DNA of 63,808 bases, the filler included, from Octopus bimaculoides (lineage: Eukaryota): the NCBI RefSeq assembly GCF_001194135.2. It is 3 parts of 3 records of this genome, joined end to end, with 100 filler letters (N's around TTAATTAATTAA, not from the genome) between each part and the next. Parts side by side here need not be neighbours in the genome. Positions count along the whole stretch, not along the records: positions 25,695 to 55,357 come from NC_069001.1; 2 more parts are not named here. One strand, written 5' to 3'. A program made the position numbers and the translations under genes. The notes below the pieces were generated by a model. It did not search any database. It saw nothing but the letters and a program-made list of their open reading frames with translations, and was not told where the DNA came from. Within the stretch, counting starts at the first letter, position 1, and each line of letters starts with the position of its first letter. Positions 38,989 to 50,108 of the stretch are shown piece by piece.

Positions 38989-40380
38989 CTGTGTGTATGT
39001 TTGTATCTCATCACCGTTTGACAACAGGTATTAGTGTTTACATTCCCATAACTTAACGGTTTGGCAAAAGAGACCGCTAGAAAAAGTACCAGACTTTAAA
39101 AAATAAGCGAAGAAATCAATTCATTCAGCTAAAAATTCTTCAAGGCAGTGCTCCAGTGTGGCCGTAAGCTAATGACTGAAGCAAACAAAAGAAACCTGTA
39201 CATGATTATTGAGCTCACAAGGAAGACAAGTTGTCATGAATTTGCATTTCTGGATATTCTAATAATTAAAGACTCAAAAGCAGATACTTTTTTTCGTAAA
39301 ACACCGATATTCATGAACAGTTGAGTTCCATTTCATGCCACATATCCAATCCAAAATGAAATACCCCATTTACCTAACTTGGAGAAGATATACAAAAAAT
39401 ATCTGGAGACAGAAAAACAAGAAATGAGCGTTTAGCAAAGATGGAAAATTTTTAACGTTCCAGAAAAATCTGCTATCTCTAAGAAAGCAGGACATCGGAA
39501 AACGAAACAAGGAGCAAGAGTGCTGAGTGCTATGAGAAAAAGAAAACAGCCACAAAGAATAAGATACCCTTTGTTATAACCATATAAATGTATGAAAGTA
39601 GATATTTTTTCTGTAACAAGGACAAATCTGTTATCTGTTAAACAGTGTCCACAATTACATCTATCCATTGTCAAGGAAACCAATATTCAAAGACAAAAAC
39701 ATTCGAAACATTTAAAATGGAAATTTAAACCAGATCAGAATTTGATCAAAGTGAAGGCCGCATGAGTATCAAAAGAGATCGATAGAATAAGTATCAGCCT
39801 GAAAAGAAGAAGTTCTGGGGTCGATTCATTCGATTAAACATTCTTCAAGGCTGTCCTCCAGCATTGTCACAGTCTAATGAGTGAAATGAGTAAAAGGTAA
39901 ATTAGTGAATATACGTAATGGCCATTGATACATTACATTTTAATGCTTTCATCCAGTAGTGAATTACAGACAAATCCAGTATATCTGCCTGTCTCTCTTT
40001 CTCAACCTACCTTTCTATCCTTATAATTATGTACGTACATATGTATGTATCTAAGCACACGGACATATAGACATGCACGCACACATATACATATCTGAAT
40101 GCTGATATAATTTGTAGAATTTTATATATGATATAAAGAAAAAAATACGCATTGGGCAAACCGGAAATAAATTCGATGAGGGGTTACAGATACACAGACA
40201 ATGCATTAGACAACTGCAATACAAGAAGATGCCATTAGGCTAACAGCAGGATAAATATTATGAATGAGGATTTTAAATATTAACCCCTCCTTTATTTTCC
40301 TTAAAATGGACAATATCTGATATTAGGTCTATTAAAAACAAATATCTTATGGAAATTTTCAAACCAAAGTTAAATGGACA
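37580..40380 (+). mobile_element. Penelope-like element (RT plus GIY-YIG), heavily decayed and interrupted
   Basis: QADKGG; YRSLVEEQLNNHTFY; NLYGPLKIYNSK...DLKIRLII..LSNLIDIILK; ENNSYCFDG; FLDILIIKD; KIPFVIT; IGQTGNK..IHRQCIRQ; FKPKLN. Split by SINE A (38785-39190, 39770-39900) and microsatellites. Confidence 0.8.
38785..39190 (+). mobile_element. SINE family A inserted in the Penelope-like element
   Basis: gtggatttggtagatagaaactgaaagaaacccg(TA)n(TG)n...ctccagtgtggccg. Confidence 0.85.
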
Positions 40381-40714
40381 TAATGACGAACGATTAGGGT
40401 TACATCAATAGTTTTCAAATTGGTTCATGAACGTTGCGACGGCAGTCTCCTATAATATATACAACGGTGCTACATTTAGGAAGCTACATGGCTACACAAT
40501 TCACCCGTTACTTCTGTAAACTGGTTAAGGCATTACATCTAAGATGTTGGATAGCATAACCAGTGACAGCAGTAATCTTATCTTATAGATACTATAACAT
40601 TACACTGTTCACCTGAAGATTCTTATAGCAAAATATGAGAGTACTAATGAATTGTGGTTATCGGTTTAAAATCTAGTTATATTGAAACATTTAATGACCA
40701 ATATGTTATCTTAT

Positions 40715-41365
40715 AGGTGCAGGCGTGGCTGTGTGGTAAGAAGTTTGCTTCCCAACCACATGGTCCCAGGTTCAGCCTGTGTTGCACCTTGGCAAGTGTC
40801 TTCTACTATAGTTTCGAACCAAACAAAGCCTTATGAGCGGATTTGGAAGATGGAAGCTGAAAAAAGCCTGTCGTATGCATATAATAGATTCTCTAAAACG
40901 TTAATCATGCCCTATGGACACAAATGTATCTCTTGAGGCCTGCTGTTGCCTTGTAAACCTTTTGCTAAATAAAACAAGTTGAGGACTCAGTTTGCTCGAG
41001 TGCTTGTGGATCATTGACTGTGTTTTCTTGAGTGGACGACAAGGCCTGATTCACTTCATGCCACAAAACCACAATGACACGTATGGCTTCCATTTAGAGG
41101 AGCAACATTTTCATGTGTGTTTGTGTGTGTGTATGCGTGTGTGTGTATGGTGTATGCGTCTGTGTTTGTCCCCACCACTGATTGACAACCAATTTTGGTG
41201 TAACTACATACCTGTGACGTAGAGGTTAGGAAAAAATCCCGCTAGAATAAGTAACAGGCTTAAAAACATTAAATACTGGGGTCAATTTATTCCACTAGAA
41301 TTTCTCAAGGCGGTGCCCCAGCATGACCACAGTTTAATGATTGAAACTAGTAAAAGATAAAGATT
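40715..41365 (+). mobile_element. SINE family A split by about 230 bp of other sequence
   Basis: 5' half 40715-40875 and 3' half 41110-41365. Confidence 0.75.
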
Positions 41366-41493
41366 ACACACTAATTTCCTAACGTTTGCCTATCTTTATA
41401 TCTCCCTGTATTTTTACGTACATATGTATGTATGTATGTATATATGCATGCATATATGTATAATGGAGGCCTCAAAAGACATTTTAAGGTCCA

Positions 41494-41622
41494 CAGTGTC
41501 ATGCAACGCTGGCAGAGGCCGCTGCATTAAAGTCCCCCAAAAGAATCAGGGCATTGTTTGCAGTCATATTGCAACTATGCATGTTATGTGATCCCAGTTC
41601 TTTATGGTTCAAGTACAGGGAT
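41494..41622 (+). pseudogene. Helitron Rep-helicase internal fragment
   Basis: QCHATLAEAAALKSPKRIRALFAVILQLCMLCDPSSLWFKYRD resembles the L.EAA..SP..LR.LFA.IL..C..P..LW.KY.D block between the Rep and PIF1 domains. Confidence 0.7.
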
Positions 41623-41699
41623 ACGGAAAGGGAGAGGACGTCTTCATACTGAGGATTCTCCTTATTCTGTCGGGTTCAGAAATCTCCTTTATATTTCAG

Positions 41700-41819
41700 G
41701 TGGTTGCAAGTTTTTCTGTTCGTGTAAGTTTTGTGATGTCAAGCAACAAATCGCAGGAGCAAACACTCTCTGTTGCAGTACTTTGCCAGGAAGACTCGTT
41801 GGCAACGCTGCCGAAGTTG
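41700..41819 (+). CDS. Candidate exon (120 bp), unknown
   Basis: ctcctttatatttcAG acceptor and gttg/GTAAGT donor; open in phase 0 and phase 1; product not recognised. Confidence 0.3.
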
Positions 41820-42154
41820 GTAAGTTTGTACAGTTTTGGATGTTTGCACTGAAAAATTGACTGTATTGTACGTTTTAAAGATCTTAAATTTCAATATTAT
41901 TTTACACCGTTTATTCCTTTGGAATACAACTAATGTTCTCTTCGAAACATATATCGAAAGTAAAAGAATCTGAATAATATTTGCGTTCAACTCCATTTAT
42001 TTACTTATTCTATACAAATTACTGCACATTAACCCAGAGTTTCTACCTTCGAATAGGTCACTACATCCTTGTTACTTGCGTGAATGTTGCTACCCTGATA
42101 ACTGTTTATTGAATTTTCCGTGTTAACTGTAAACAAAGGATAATTCATTCATCC

Positions 42155-42203
<49 letters not shown>

Positions 42204-43474
42204 AACGACTTGAGATATTCGTTCTGCCTTTGGTTTTGATTTTTCCTCAAATATAATATCAATATAGTATAATATATATACAGACATACTAGAATGAAAA
42301 ATGCGAGCGAAGGATAAGAATATTCTTAAGTATTTAATAAACCTTGGAAAATACAGGACAAGAAGTAAGCTAATGAAAATTTATACAAATCCCTTTCAAA
42401 CGGTATAGATTACAATTATGAAGAAATTTGCGGGGAAAATTTTTTCGGGGATTTTCCCCATTTTTTTAAGCCACAGCCTTTGAAATGATGGGGCCGGGGG
42501 AAGAGGCATCTTTGTATGAAAAAGTTCTGAAAACTCTTGTTTTTTGCACCCCCTCCCTCATCATACCACTCCGGACATATTCTGGCCAATTTCATTTTTT
42601 TGGACTTCAAGACAATGGGAAGAGCATTTTTGGTAAAAAAAAGTAAAACAAAAATTGTTACTATTTTCAGAGGGAAAGTGAGTTATTTAAGGGTGATTTG
42701 GCTGTTGTTTCTAGCACATTCAAAGATAACCCTCCTCGTTTATTTAGCACTCTCGCATGTATTGATGTTTTTCAATATTTCCCCCCATAAATACATTTAC
42801 ATACTATAAAAAAGAAAATTTGAGAAATTAGGAATTTTTTGCAACCCCACTCCCTGTCCCCGATTGTCTCTGTTTAGAAATTAAAATATTGGAGAGCCTA
42901 AGAAGTTCATTGCTGGCATTTATCCACAGTGATTTTAAAAAATCACGGAGATGTACTCACATAGCAGGTGACTTGATCTGAGATTGTGTGCTGAAACAAA
43001 AACAATGACAGCGTAGATGTTTGTAAGCCATTCAAGAAATTTTCATTCAATAAATAATGTTTTTACTTTATGAATACATTAATAGAATAAACGATCGGTT
43101 TTCCAACTAGCGAAGGAAAACTTAAAAGACAAAGTGAGAGACTTTGCAAATGAAAATGGAATACTCTGCAGTGAATACGATGACTGTTTAAATATGTGAA
43201 GAATTATACGCAGTGAATGTAATGAATATTTAAATTTGCGAGAAATTGGAGTTAAAAAAATTCGAATTAACTTGTCTTTAGGCTAGGCTGAATTTACTTG
43301 TCTCCGTGCTAAACCAACAATAACCATATATAACGATGGTAATGTGTCAATTCATTACTGCTGTTTCCAACGAATTTCTTAATTGATCAATGAATACACG
43401 AATTATACAATTAAGTATATTTTAAAGAATTTCAATTCCTCAGCATGTGCATATTTAGTGATTCCATGATCGAC

Positions 43475-43542
43475 GCTGGTCGCAGAATGAGTTTACCAAA
43501 TCAAATGGTTTTGTAGGAGGGCAAACTTATTCTGTGACCAGC
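43475..43542 (+). other. 20-bp inverted repeat or hairpin
   Basis: gctggtcgcagaatgagttt pairs with aaacttattctgtgaccagc (18 Watson-Crick, 2 G-U); 28-nt loop. Confidence 0.85.
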
Positions 43543-43984
43543 AGAATTGACACCTATCCATCGTTTGTCATTTATTTATTTACAATTCACCTCTCTCGGA
43601 ACATGCCCCTCTCGTGTTCCGAAGTATATTATGAACCATACATATTTAATATAATGTGTGTTTCTCATTTAGCCCAATAGTTGATGATATTCTCAGTTGG
43701 GTTCATTAATTGTAAACATAACCTGACTATCTTTCTGCCAGTGCTTCTCTACCAATGTTTTTATTCATCTGTAATTGCTGTGGATGCATTTTAATTCTGA
43801 CCCAACCGGGTGCCTTAACATTTAAGTGCCTTATTCACCTGAATCTTAATGNNNNNNNNNNTAACGTTTACTTTTATGTCACGTTACATACACATGCACA
43901 CACACACGCACACACAAACACACACACACACGCATATATACATAGTTACACTTCCCATTTTGCTTTATTATTTCATAACAACAA

Positions 43985-44200
43985 CAAATCACTCTTCAAC
44001 TTTTCATCGTAAATATCTTGAGATGAAATTATAAACAATCAGATTACACTAATTTAGCAAATTTATTATCTTAACAACTAAACACTCTTCAACTTTCATC
44101 GTAAATTCCACAGGGCGAATTTATAAACAACAAATTTATTATCTTAACAACTAAATACTCTTCACCTTTCATCGTAAATCTTTTCGGAAATTATAAACAA
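43985..44200. repeat. Degenerate 3-unit tandem repeat (about 70-95 bp units)
   Basis: actcttca(a/c)ctttcatcgtaaat...a(a/t)ttataaacaa recurs three times. Confidence 0.8.
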
Positions 44201-44849
44201 ATTTATTTATTATTATAATAATTTATTTATTGTTATAACAAATCAGTCTTCATCCTAAATCGCTCTGCTTAGTTCTCCTGAGAAAAAAAATCCTTAATCT
44301 GTTGGATGCTAGCTAAGCCGACTTTATAATAGAAGAAATCTTTAAGAAAGGAAATAGTCAAAATGATAACAAATTGGCTAATTGAAGTATTCCATATGGA
44401 TTTATCGGTTTGGAAGCAGGGCGAGAGAGTTCCTTTCAGCAATGTAATTGTGAAGCAATCCGTAGACCAATGGCATGAAGTGAAAGAAAAAAGAACAAGA
44501 ACGTAGTCATTTGTTTTTATGCCATTGTGAAGCCATATATGAGTCTGTGTGATAACATATTACAAAATGCTGATGCAGCAAGTAGAGACAAAGAAACCAG
44601 CAATCAAGTTTTCCCCGGGATTTGTAAAACATCAGCACGGAGAAACCAACGTCCTACTTGAGCATCATGTCATGAAAGCACACATGACCTTGACAGATTT
44701 CAGCACCATCTCTCTAAGAAACAGTAAAGAAAACAGAACTGGTCAAATTGAAGTTACCACTGTTACAATAGGGAAAGCAGAATAGTCGTCTTGAAGATGC
44801 AATAAATGTTTACAAATTTTAGCAACAAGGCCAGCAATTTTATGAGCAG

Positions 44850-45000
44850 GGATAAGCCATATCATCGATACCTCGAAAGAATGAAAAGAATGAAATTCAA
44901 CCTCGGTGGCATTTGAACTCAGAAGAAAAGCCAGAAGAAACATCACTGAGCATTTTTACCTGGCGCGATAAAGATTTTGCCAGCTCCCCGCCTTCAGGTA
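44850..45000 (-). mobile_element. SINE family B
   Basis: gaatgaaattcaacctcggtggcatttgaactcaga...ctgagcattttt...gccagctccccgcctt. Confidence 0.75.
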
Positions 45001-45409
45001 GATCTATTAATAAGCAACATAAAAGACAAAGGAGAGAGACCAAGACTAAAAGCAAACGAAAAAATGAATATAACTGGGCAACAGGAACAGAATGACCGAA
45101 GCCAAAACTACTCGAAGGTGCTAAGTAAAAGGTATCTGCTGACACGGAGAGATAGGAGCAACTGCCACTTTGCTCAATTTAAGCCGTGTCAGAGTGGTGC
45201 TCAAGGTATCAATCGCTCCCTACTAAATCAACAAGATAGGAGAAAACAAACGATGTCCACAATCCAACGAACACCGGCAGTAAAGCTGGAGAACGAACCA
45301 CTTGAAAGAGACAAACTGTTTATCATCTGCATCCACAATTGTTCAATATACAAATGCTGTATGAGCTGCAGGCGGCTGTGCCACATACTCTTTGAAGTGT
45401 GCTATATAT

Positions 45410-45715
45410 GAAGGCACATGGCTCAGATTGTGAATTCGATTTCTGGAGTGGTTTGTCTGTTGTGTTCTTGAACAAGATACTTTATTTCATGTTGCCCTAG
45501 TTCATTCAGCTGTAGAAATGAGTTGCGATGTCATTGGTGCTAACCTGAATTGGCCCTTACCTTTCCCTTGAAAAACATCAGTGACATGGAGAGGGGAGGC
45601 TGGGAGGCTGGTATGCATGGGCAACTGTTGGTCTTTCACAAACAACTTTGCCTGAACTTGTGCCTCTAGATGTAATCCTTTGGTTATTCATGACCAAAGG
45701 GAGTCTTTACCCTTT
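45410..45715 (+). mobile_element. SINE family C-related
   Basis: gaaggcacatggctcag...gttcttgaacaagatactttatttcatgttgccctagttcattcagctgtagaaatgag. Confidence 0.6.
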
Positions 45716-45859
45716 ACATGAGATGGTGTAACAGCCGGCATGGCTACAAACGTAATTGAGCCAAAGTGTTGCATGCCCTCTCACAAAGCCATCACAGGTA
45801 ATAGTTCCAGGATGGCTGTCACTGTTACCAAACTGAACCAAACAAGGCACCAATTTTAC

Positions 45860-46965
45860 TATCAAACATCAGAGGCCTGTTACAGCTCAGCAGCAAAAGC
45901 AAAATTCGATACATGAGATATTTTCTGCATACAATCAAGTAATATTTATAACACTAAGTGAAACACAGCTCTCTATAGACATAGTTAATGCAGATACATA
46001 TATTAGAGTTACATATATTAGAGTATCCCGCCTTTCGTACAGACAGAAACGAAAATGGCCATGGGTAGAATCACCATGTGCATCGGCAAAGATACCATGT
46101 TCTTACCCTTGCTGCATCATTCATACTGAGTTTGTGACGCAGTTATAGTATATATAAAGCAGCCCGATATCTTAATATGTATGGGGAAGACCTGACCTGA
46201 ATATGAGAAAAGAAGGACTAATAATCAACACGTTAAAGTGTAACGTTAGTGATGACAAGGTCTTGGTGTCAGTGCATATACTTTATTGCTACGTTATTAC
46301 AAGGCTTCATGCAATATAGGCAGAGTCAGTATTATATGAACATTGTGTTTTACAGGAACCGAAGGTCTTCGATAGACAATTGATAATTAGGCTGAATTTC
46401 CATATCGCAGTATGGCCGCGTTGATTCTTCATTCATCTCTGGGTTGAGTACGGAGTGTGAAAACAGCTATTAGATGAATCGCACTGGTTTGAGTATGAAG
46501 GTGTGAAAACAGAGCTATGAGAGAGAAAATTCACCCGCGACTGATTCAACGAAATCCGAATTACTTTTGCCTTTCCGCACTAAAAGCTTCTGCATTTAAG
46601 ATCTTCGTTGAAGGAAAGTTCTAGAATTTATCACGTGAGCAGAAATTTGTGATCAAATGAGAAAGGGGTCTGTGATTGGAAACGGAGTTGAAAACAACTA
46701 TCATAAATTTACACCTGTTGCGTAACTTCACTTTACCCAACATCAAACAATCCGAAGGCTACCAAATATGAGAAATGTCATGTCACAAACAAAATCAAGC
46801 ACAATTTCAATTCGATTTCACTAAAATGATATTCATGGAACAAATAGTACAGTATCCGACCAGTGGCAACAATATCTTGGATTTATGCTTCGCTAATAGC
46901 ATGAATCTCATCCGCAAATGTTAAGGTATCACCAATGTTTTTCTCAGACCATAGCATAGTAAAAC
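45860..46965 (+). pseudogene. CR1/L2/Jockey-group LINE APE endonuclease remnants, interrupted
   Basis: SNIRGL; ITLSETQL; YPAFRTDR; later EQIVQYPTSGNNILDLCFAN and SDH motif (46830-46965); 46200-46720 is unrelated. Confidence 0.6.
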
Positions 46966-48341
46966 GAAGAATCTATAGTCGAATGCAAATCGGAGATACA
47001 TACCATAGAGGAAGTAACTGTGAAAGCACGCCAATGGTGGTATTTTAGCATGGTTGCTACATCTTTAGGCTGAAGTAAACTTTTATTAAAGCTGAAAACA
47101 GCTTTACAAGCTGTTACTCAGAATTTCACGTTATCATACTTCAGCCAGAAGTTGTAGCAGCCATGCTAGAATGCCACCGTTGGAGTGATTACTCATTGAT
47201 TTCATTATTTCCGGAACCCAATGTACATGTTTGGTTTAGGTGAATGTGGTAGCCTGATATTTGCATCTGTACGTGTGTGTATATATATATATATATANNN
47301 NNNNNNNNNNNNNNNNNNNNNNNNNNNNNNNNNNNNNNNNNNNNNNNNNNNNNNNNNNNNNNNNNNNNNNNNNNNNNNNNNNNNNNNNNNNNNNNNNNNN
47401 NNNNNNNNNNNNNNNNNNNNNNNNNNNNNNNNNNNNNNNNNNNNNNNNNNNNNNNNNNNNNNNNNNNNNNNNNNNNNNNNNNNNNNNNNNNNNNNNNNNN
47501 NNNNNNNNNNNNNNNNNNNNNNNNNNNNNNNNNNNNNNNNNNNNNNNNNNNNNNNNNNNNNNNNNNNNNNNNNNNNNNNNNNNNNNNNNNNNNNNNNNNN
47601 NNNNNNNNNNNNNNNNNNNNNNNNNNNNNNNNNNNNNNNNNNNNNNNNNNNNNNNNNNNNNNNNNNNNNNNNNNNNNNNNNNNNNNNNNNNNNNNNNNNN
47701 NNNNNNNNNNNNNNNNNNNNNNNNNNNNNNNNNNNNNNNNNNNNNNNNNNNNNNNNNNNNTGTGTGTGTGTGTGTGTGTGTGTGTTTATATAGTTTGTAC
47801 ACACATATATAATATATGTGTGTATATTAAACATATACACACATACACGTATAATTACATTTGCATATATATATGCACGCAACTTCGTCGTCTACATCAT
47901 TTCTACATTCGTACAGTTCTTTATAGAGTAGTGTTGTGTAAAAGATTTATCCTTTTCTGTTTAGCTATTTGGCACTTTTTAGATTTGTTTGAATGAATTT
48001 ATTTTTATTTCGGTATTTCAAACTTAGACACCTCTTTAATTTAATGATCTAGTATAAAAGAAAGTATTTGTTTCCTTACAGTGGTCGCAGAAATGTGAAT
48101 GAAGTTGGTATTTGTCGCTGAATTTTAGATTAGTTTATATCATAACTACCAGTGGTCTTAATTTTAAAATTTCATACGGTATTTCTGTTCAATATCACAG
48201 CGTTCAACCAATGTTTTGAATAATGGTTCTTGCATCGGCTTTTCTTATCTCAAAATAAGACTTAGTCTATTGTATATAATCTGTGACTACCACCGTGATT
48301 GGAGGATAAACCATTCACATTTGCAATATTTACATAACACA

Positions 48342-48562
48342 AAGGCGGTGAGCTAGCAGAAATGTTAGCACGCCGGGCGAAATGTTTAGTGGTATTTCGT
48401 CTGTCTTTACGTTTTGAGTTCAAATGCTGCCGAAGTCGACTCTGCTTTTCATCCTGTCAGGGTCGATAAATTAAGTACCAGTTGCGTACTGAGGTAAATC
48501 AAATTGACTGTCCCCTTCCCCCCAAATTTTGTGCCTTGTGCCTAGACTAGTAAAGAATATTT
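48342..48562 (+). mobile_element. SINE family B, full length
   Basis: aaggcggtgagctagcagaaatgttagcacgccgggcgaaatg...gtcgactctgcttttcatcc...gccttgtgcctagactag. Confidence 0.92.
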
Positions 48563-48571
48563 ACTTAACGC

Positions 48572-48760
48572 AAGGCGGCGAGCTGTCTGAATCATTAGCT
48601 TAGCGGCATTTCACATGTTTATGTTCTGAATTCAAATTTCTAAGAAATCAACTTTGCCTCTCATCCTTTCGGGGTCGGTTAAATAAAGATCAGTTTAGCA
48701 CTGAGGTCGATGTAATCGACATATTACCTGGCCCAAAATTGCTCGCCTTCAGCAAACATC
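48572..48760 (+). mobile_element. SINE family B, second tandem copy
   Basis: aaggcggcgagctg...ctttgcctctcatcctttcggggtcggttaaataag. Confidence 0.85.
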
Positions 48761-49524
48761 TGAGACCAATTTGTACTTAACGGTCTTGGCCCCTTGGATT
48801 GGCAGTTGTAATTGTTTATGGTCTTTTGTATGTTCACAATCATTTAATGACTTACTAAGTGGCTGGACGTATCCTAGATTAAACTTTCAGATACATGTAC
48901 GTATACATACCTGTGTATATTTACAGAAACACGCACACATGCAAACAAACACACCCAAACATATGTATTGCTAGATAGATAATGCTATAAGTGTTCTCAG
49001 TTATATTAAAACAAAGACAACCAACCAATAGGTAATTACTATGATTTTGTTTTCAACTACTTCACCATTAAGGTGGTGGCAGCCGATTCAAACTTCTATG
49101 TGTGTATGTATATAAACATCTGTGCATGTGTGTGTGTAGATGTATGTATTTATGTATACGTATATATATATATATCATTCACTATACTTAGGATTTAAAG
49201 CAGAGCTACTATTAGTTTTATGCTACAAAAACAATCGTGGGACGAGCTTGTACAGCCTGCTTAGTGTTTCCGAGCAATCTTTCAAATATACATGAATGGT
49301 CTTTATTTAAGAAATCGAGAAAGGACGCTGTTTTTTTAGAAACCACGAGAAAGGACAAAAGGAAGGAAAAAGAAGAAAGTGGAATGAGAAAAAATTAAGA
49401 AGAAAATTAAGAGTTGCGTCACTTTGGACTGTTTGAAACAGGATTAATAAGCTAGGTGTAAATTAATTCAATGGGAAAGTAAAAAATTGTGAGACCATAT
49501 GCTTAATCCGGAGAGGGTGGTGTG

Positions 49525-49870
49525 GTCCAGTTCAATAACAGAAATTTATCCAGATGTAAATATTTAATAAAAATTTCAGATCTGGAATTTAGTAGATCAG
49601 TGGAGCTCTAAAATCTAAAAAGAATATGAGATCTCTCGGCTAAACAGAGTCTGCATTTCTTTGATCCATTACCATATATTGTTGATCATTCTACAATGCT
49701 CTACTTGATGAGGTGTTGTATGTAGTTGACCTTCAAGTTGCGGATATAACTAGCTAACTTCGTAGGTTTCTTACACATGTCAGAAAGAAGACTGGTAGCT
49801 AGTGTACCTTTTATTAAAATCCCTTTCGCATATACCAATGTTCTTTTGTTTTGAGCTTCCTTATTTGGCA
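49525..49870 (-). pseudogene. Penelope-like GIY-YIG endonuclease C-terminal remnant
   Basis: ICERDFNKRYTSYQSSF ... TKLASYIRNLK ... IK*SIVE ... YGNGSKKCRLCLAER ... LLNSRSE, with stops and frameshifts. Confidence 0.75.
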
Positions 49871-49908
49871 GCATTGCTAAGACTTCAGTTTCACTAAGTT
49901 TAGTATAC

Positions 49909-49952
49909 AAGCTGTTACTCAGAGTTTCAGGTAATAGTTCATCAGACAGTTT
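49909..49952 (-). ncRNA. Minimal type I hammerhead ribozyme motif
   Basis: Minus strand: aaactgt CTGATGA actattacct GAAA ctctgag TA acagctt = stem I, core, minimal stem II, GAAA, stem III, GUA cleavage triplet, stem I'. Confidence 0.65.
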
Positions 49953-50056
49953 CGATAATACATACTAGTATTATCACAACTGTCTGATGAAAGGTTATGT
50001 GAAACTGTAACAATCCTTGTAGTTTTCTTTCGACTGTAATAAAAATGTATATAAAA

Positions 50057-50108
<52 letters not shown>

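Noticed and set aside
41739-41860. Minus-strand RCQRVFLAKYCNREC resembling a MYND finger
   Set aside because: Only a partial Cys pattern, followed by an early stop, with no supporting splice sites.
44340-44785. Protein-like short frames (SLRKEIVKMITNW..., ITYYKMLMQQ...)
   Set aside because: No motif recognised and no coherent splice or start signals; possibly an unclassified TE scrap.
48080-48325. Possible Tc1-like MITE (TA-cagtggtcgcagaaatgtgaatg ... cattcacattt)
   Set aside because: The right TIR matches only about 11 bp, too weak to list as a feature.
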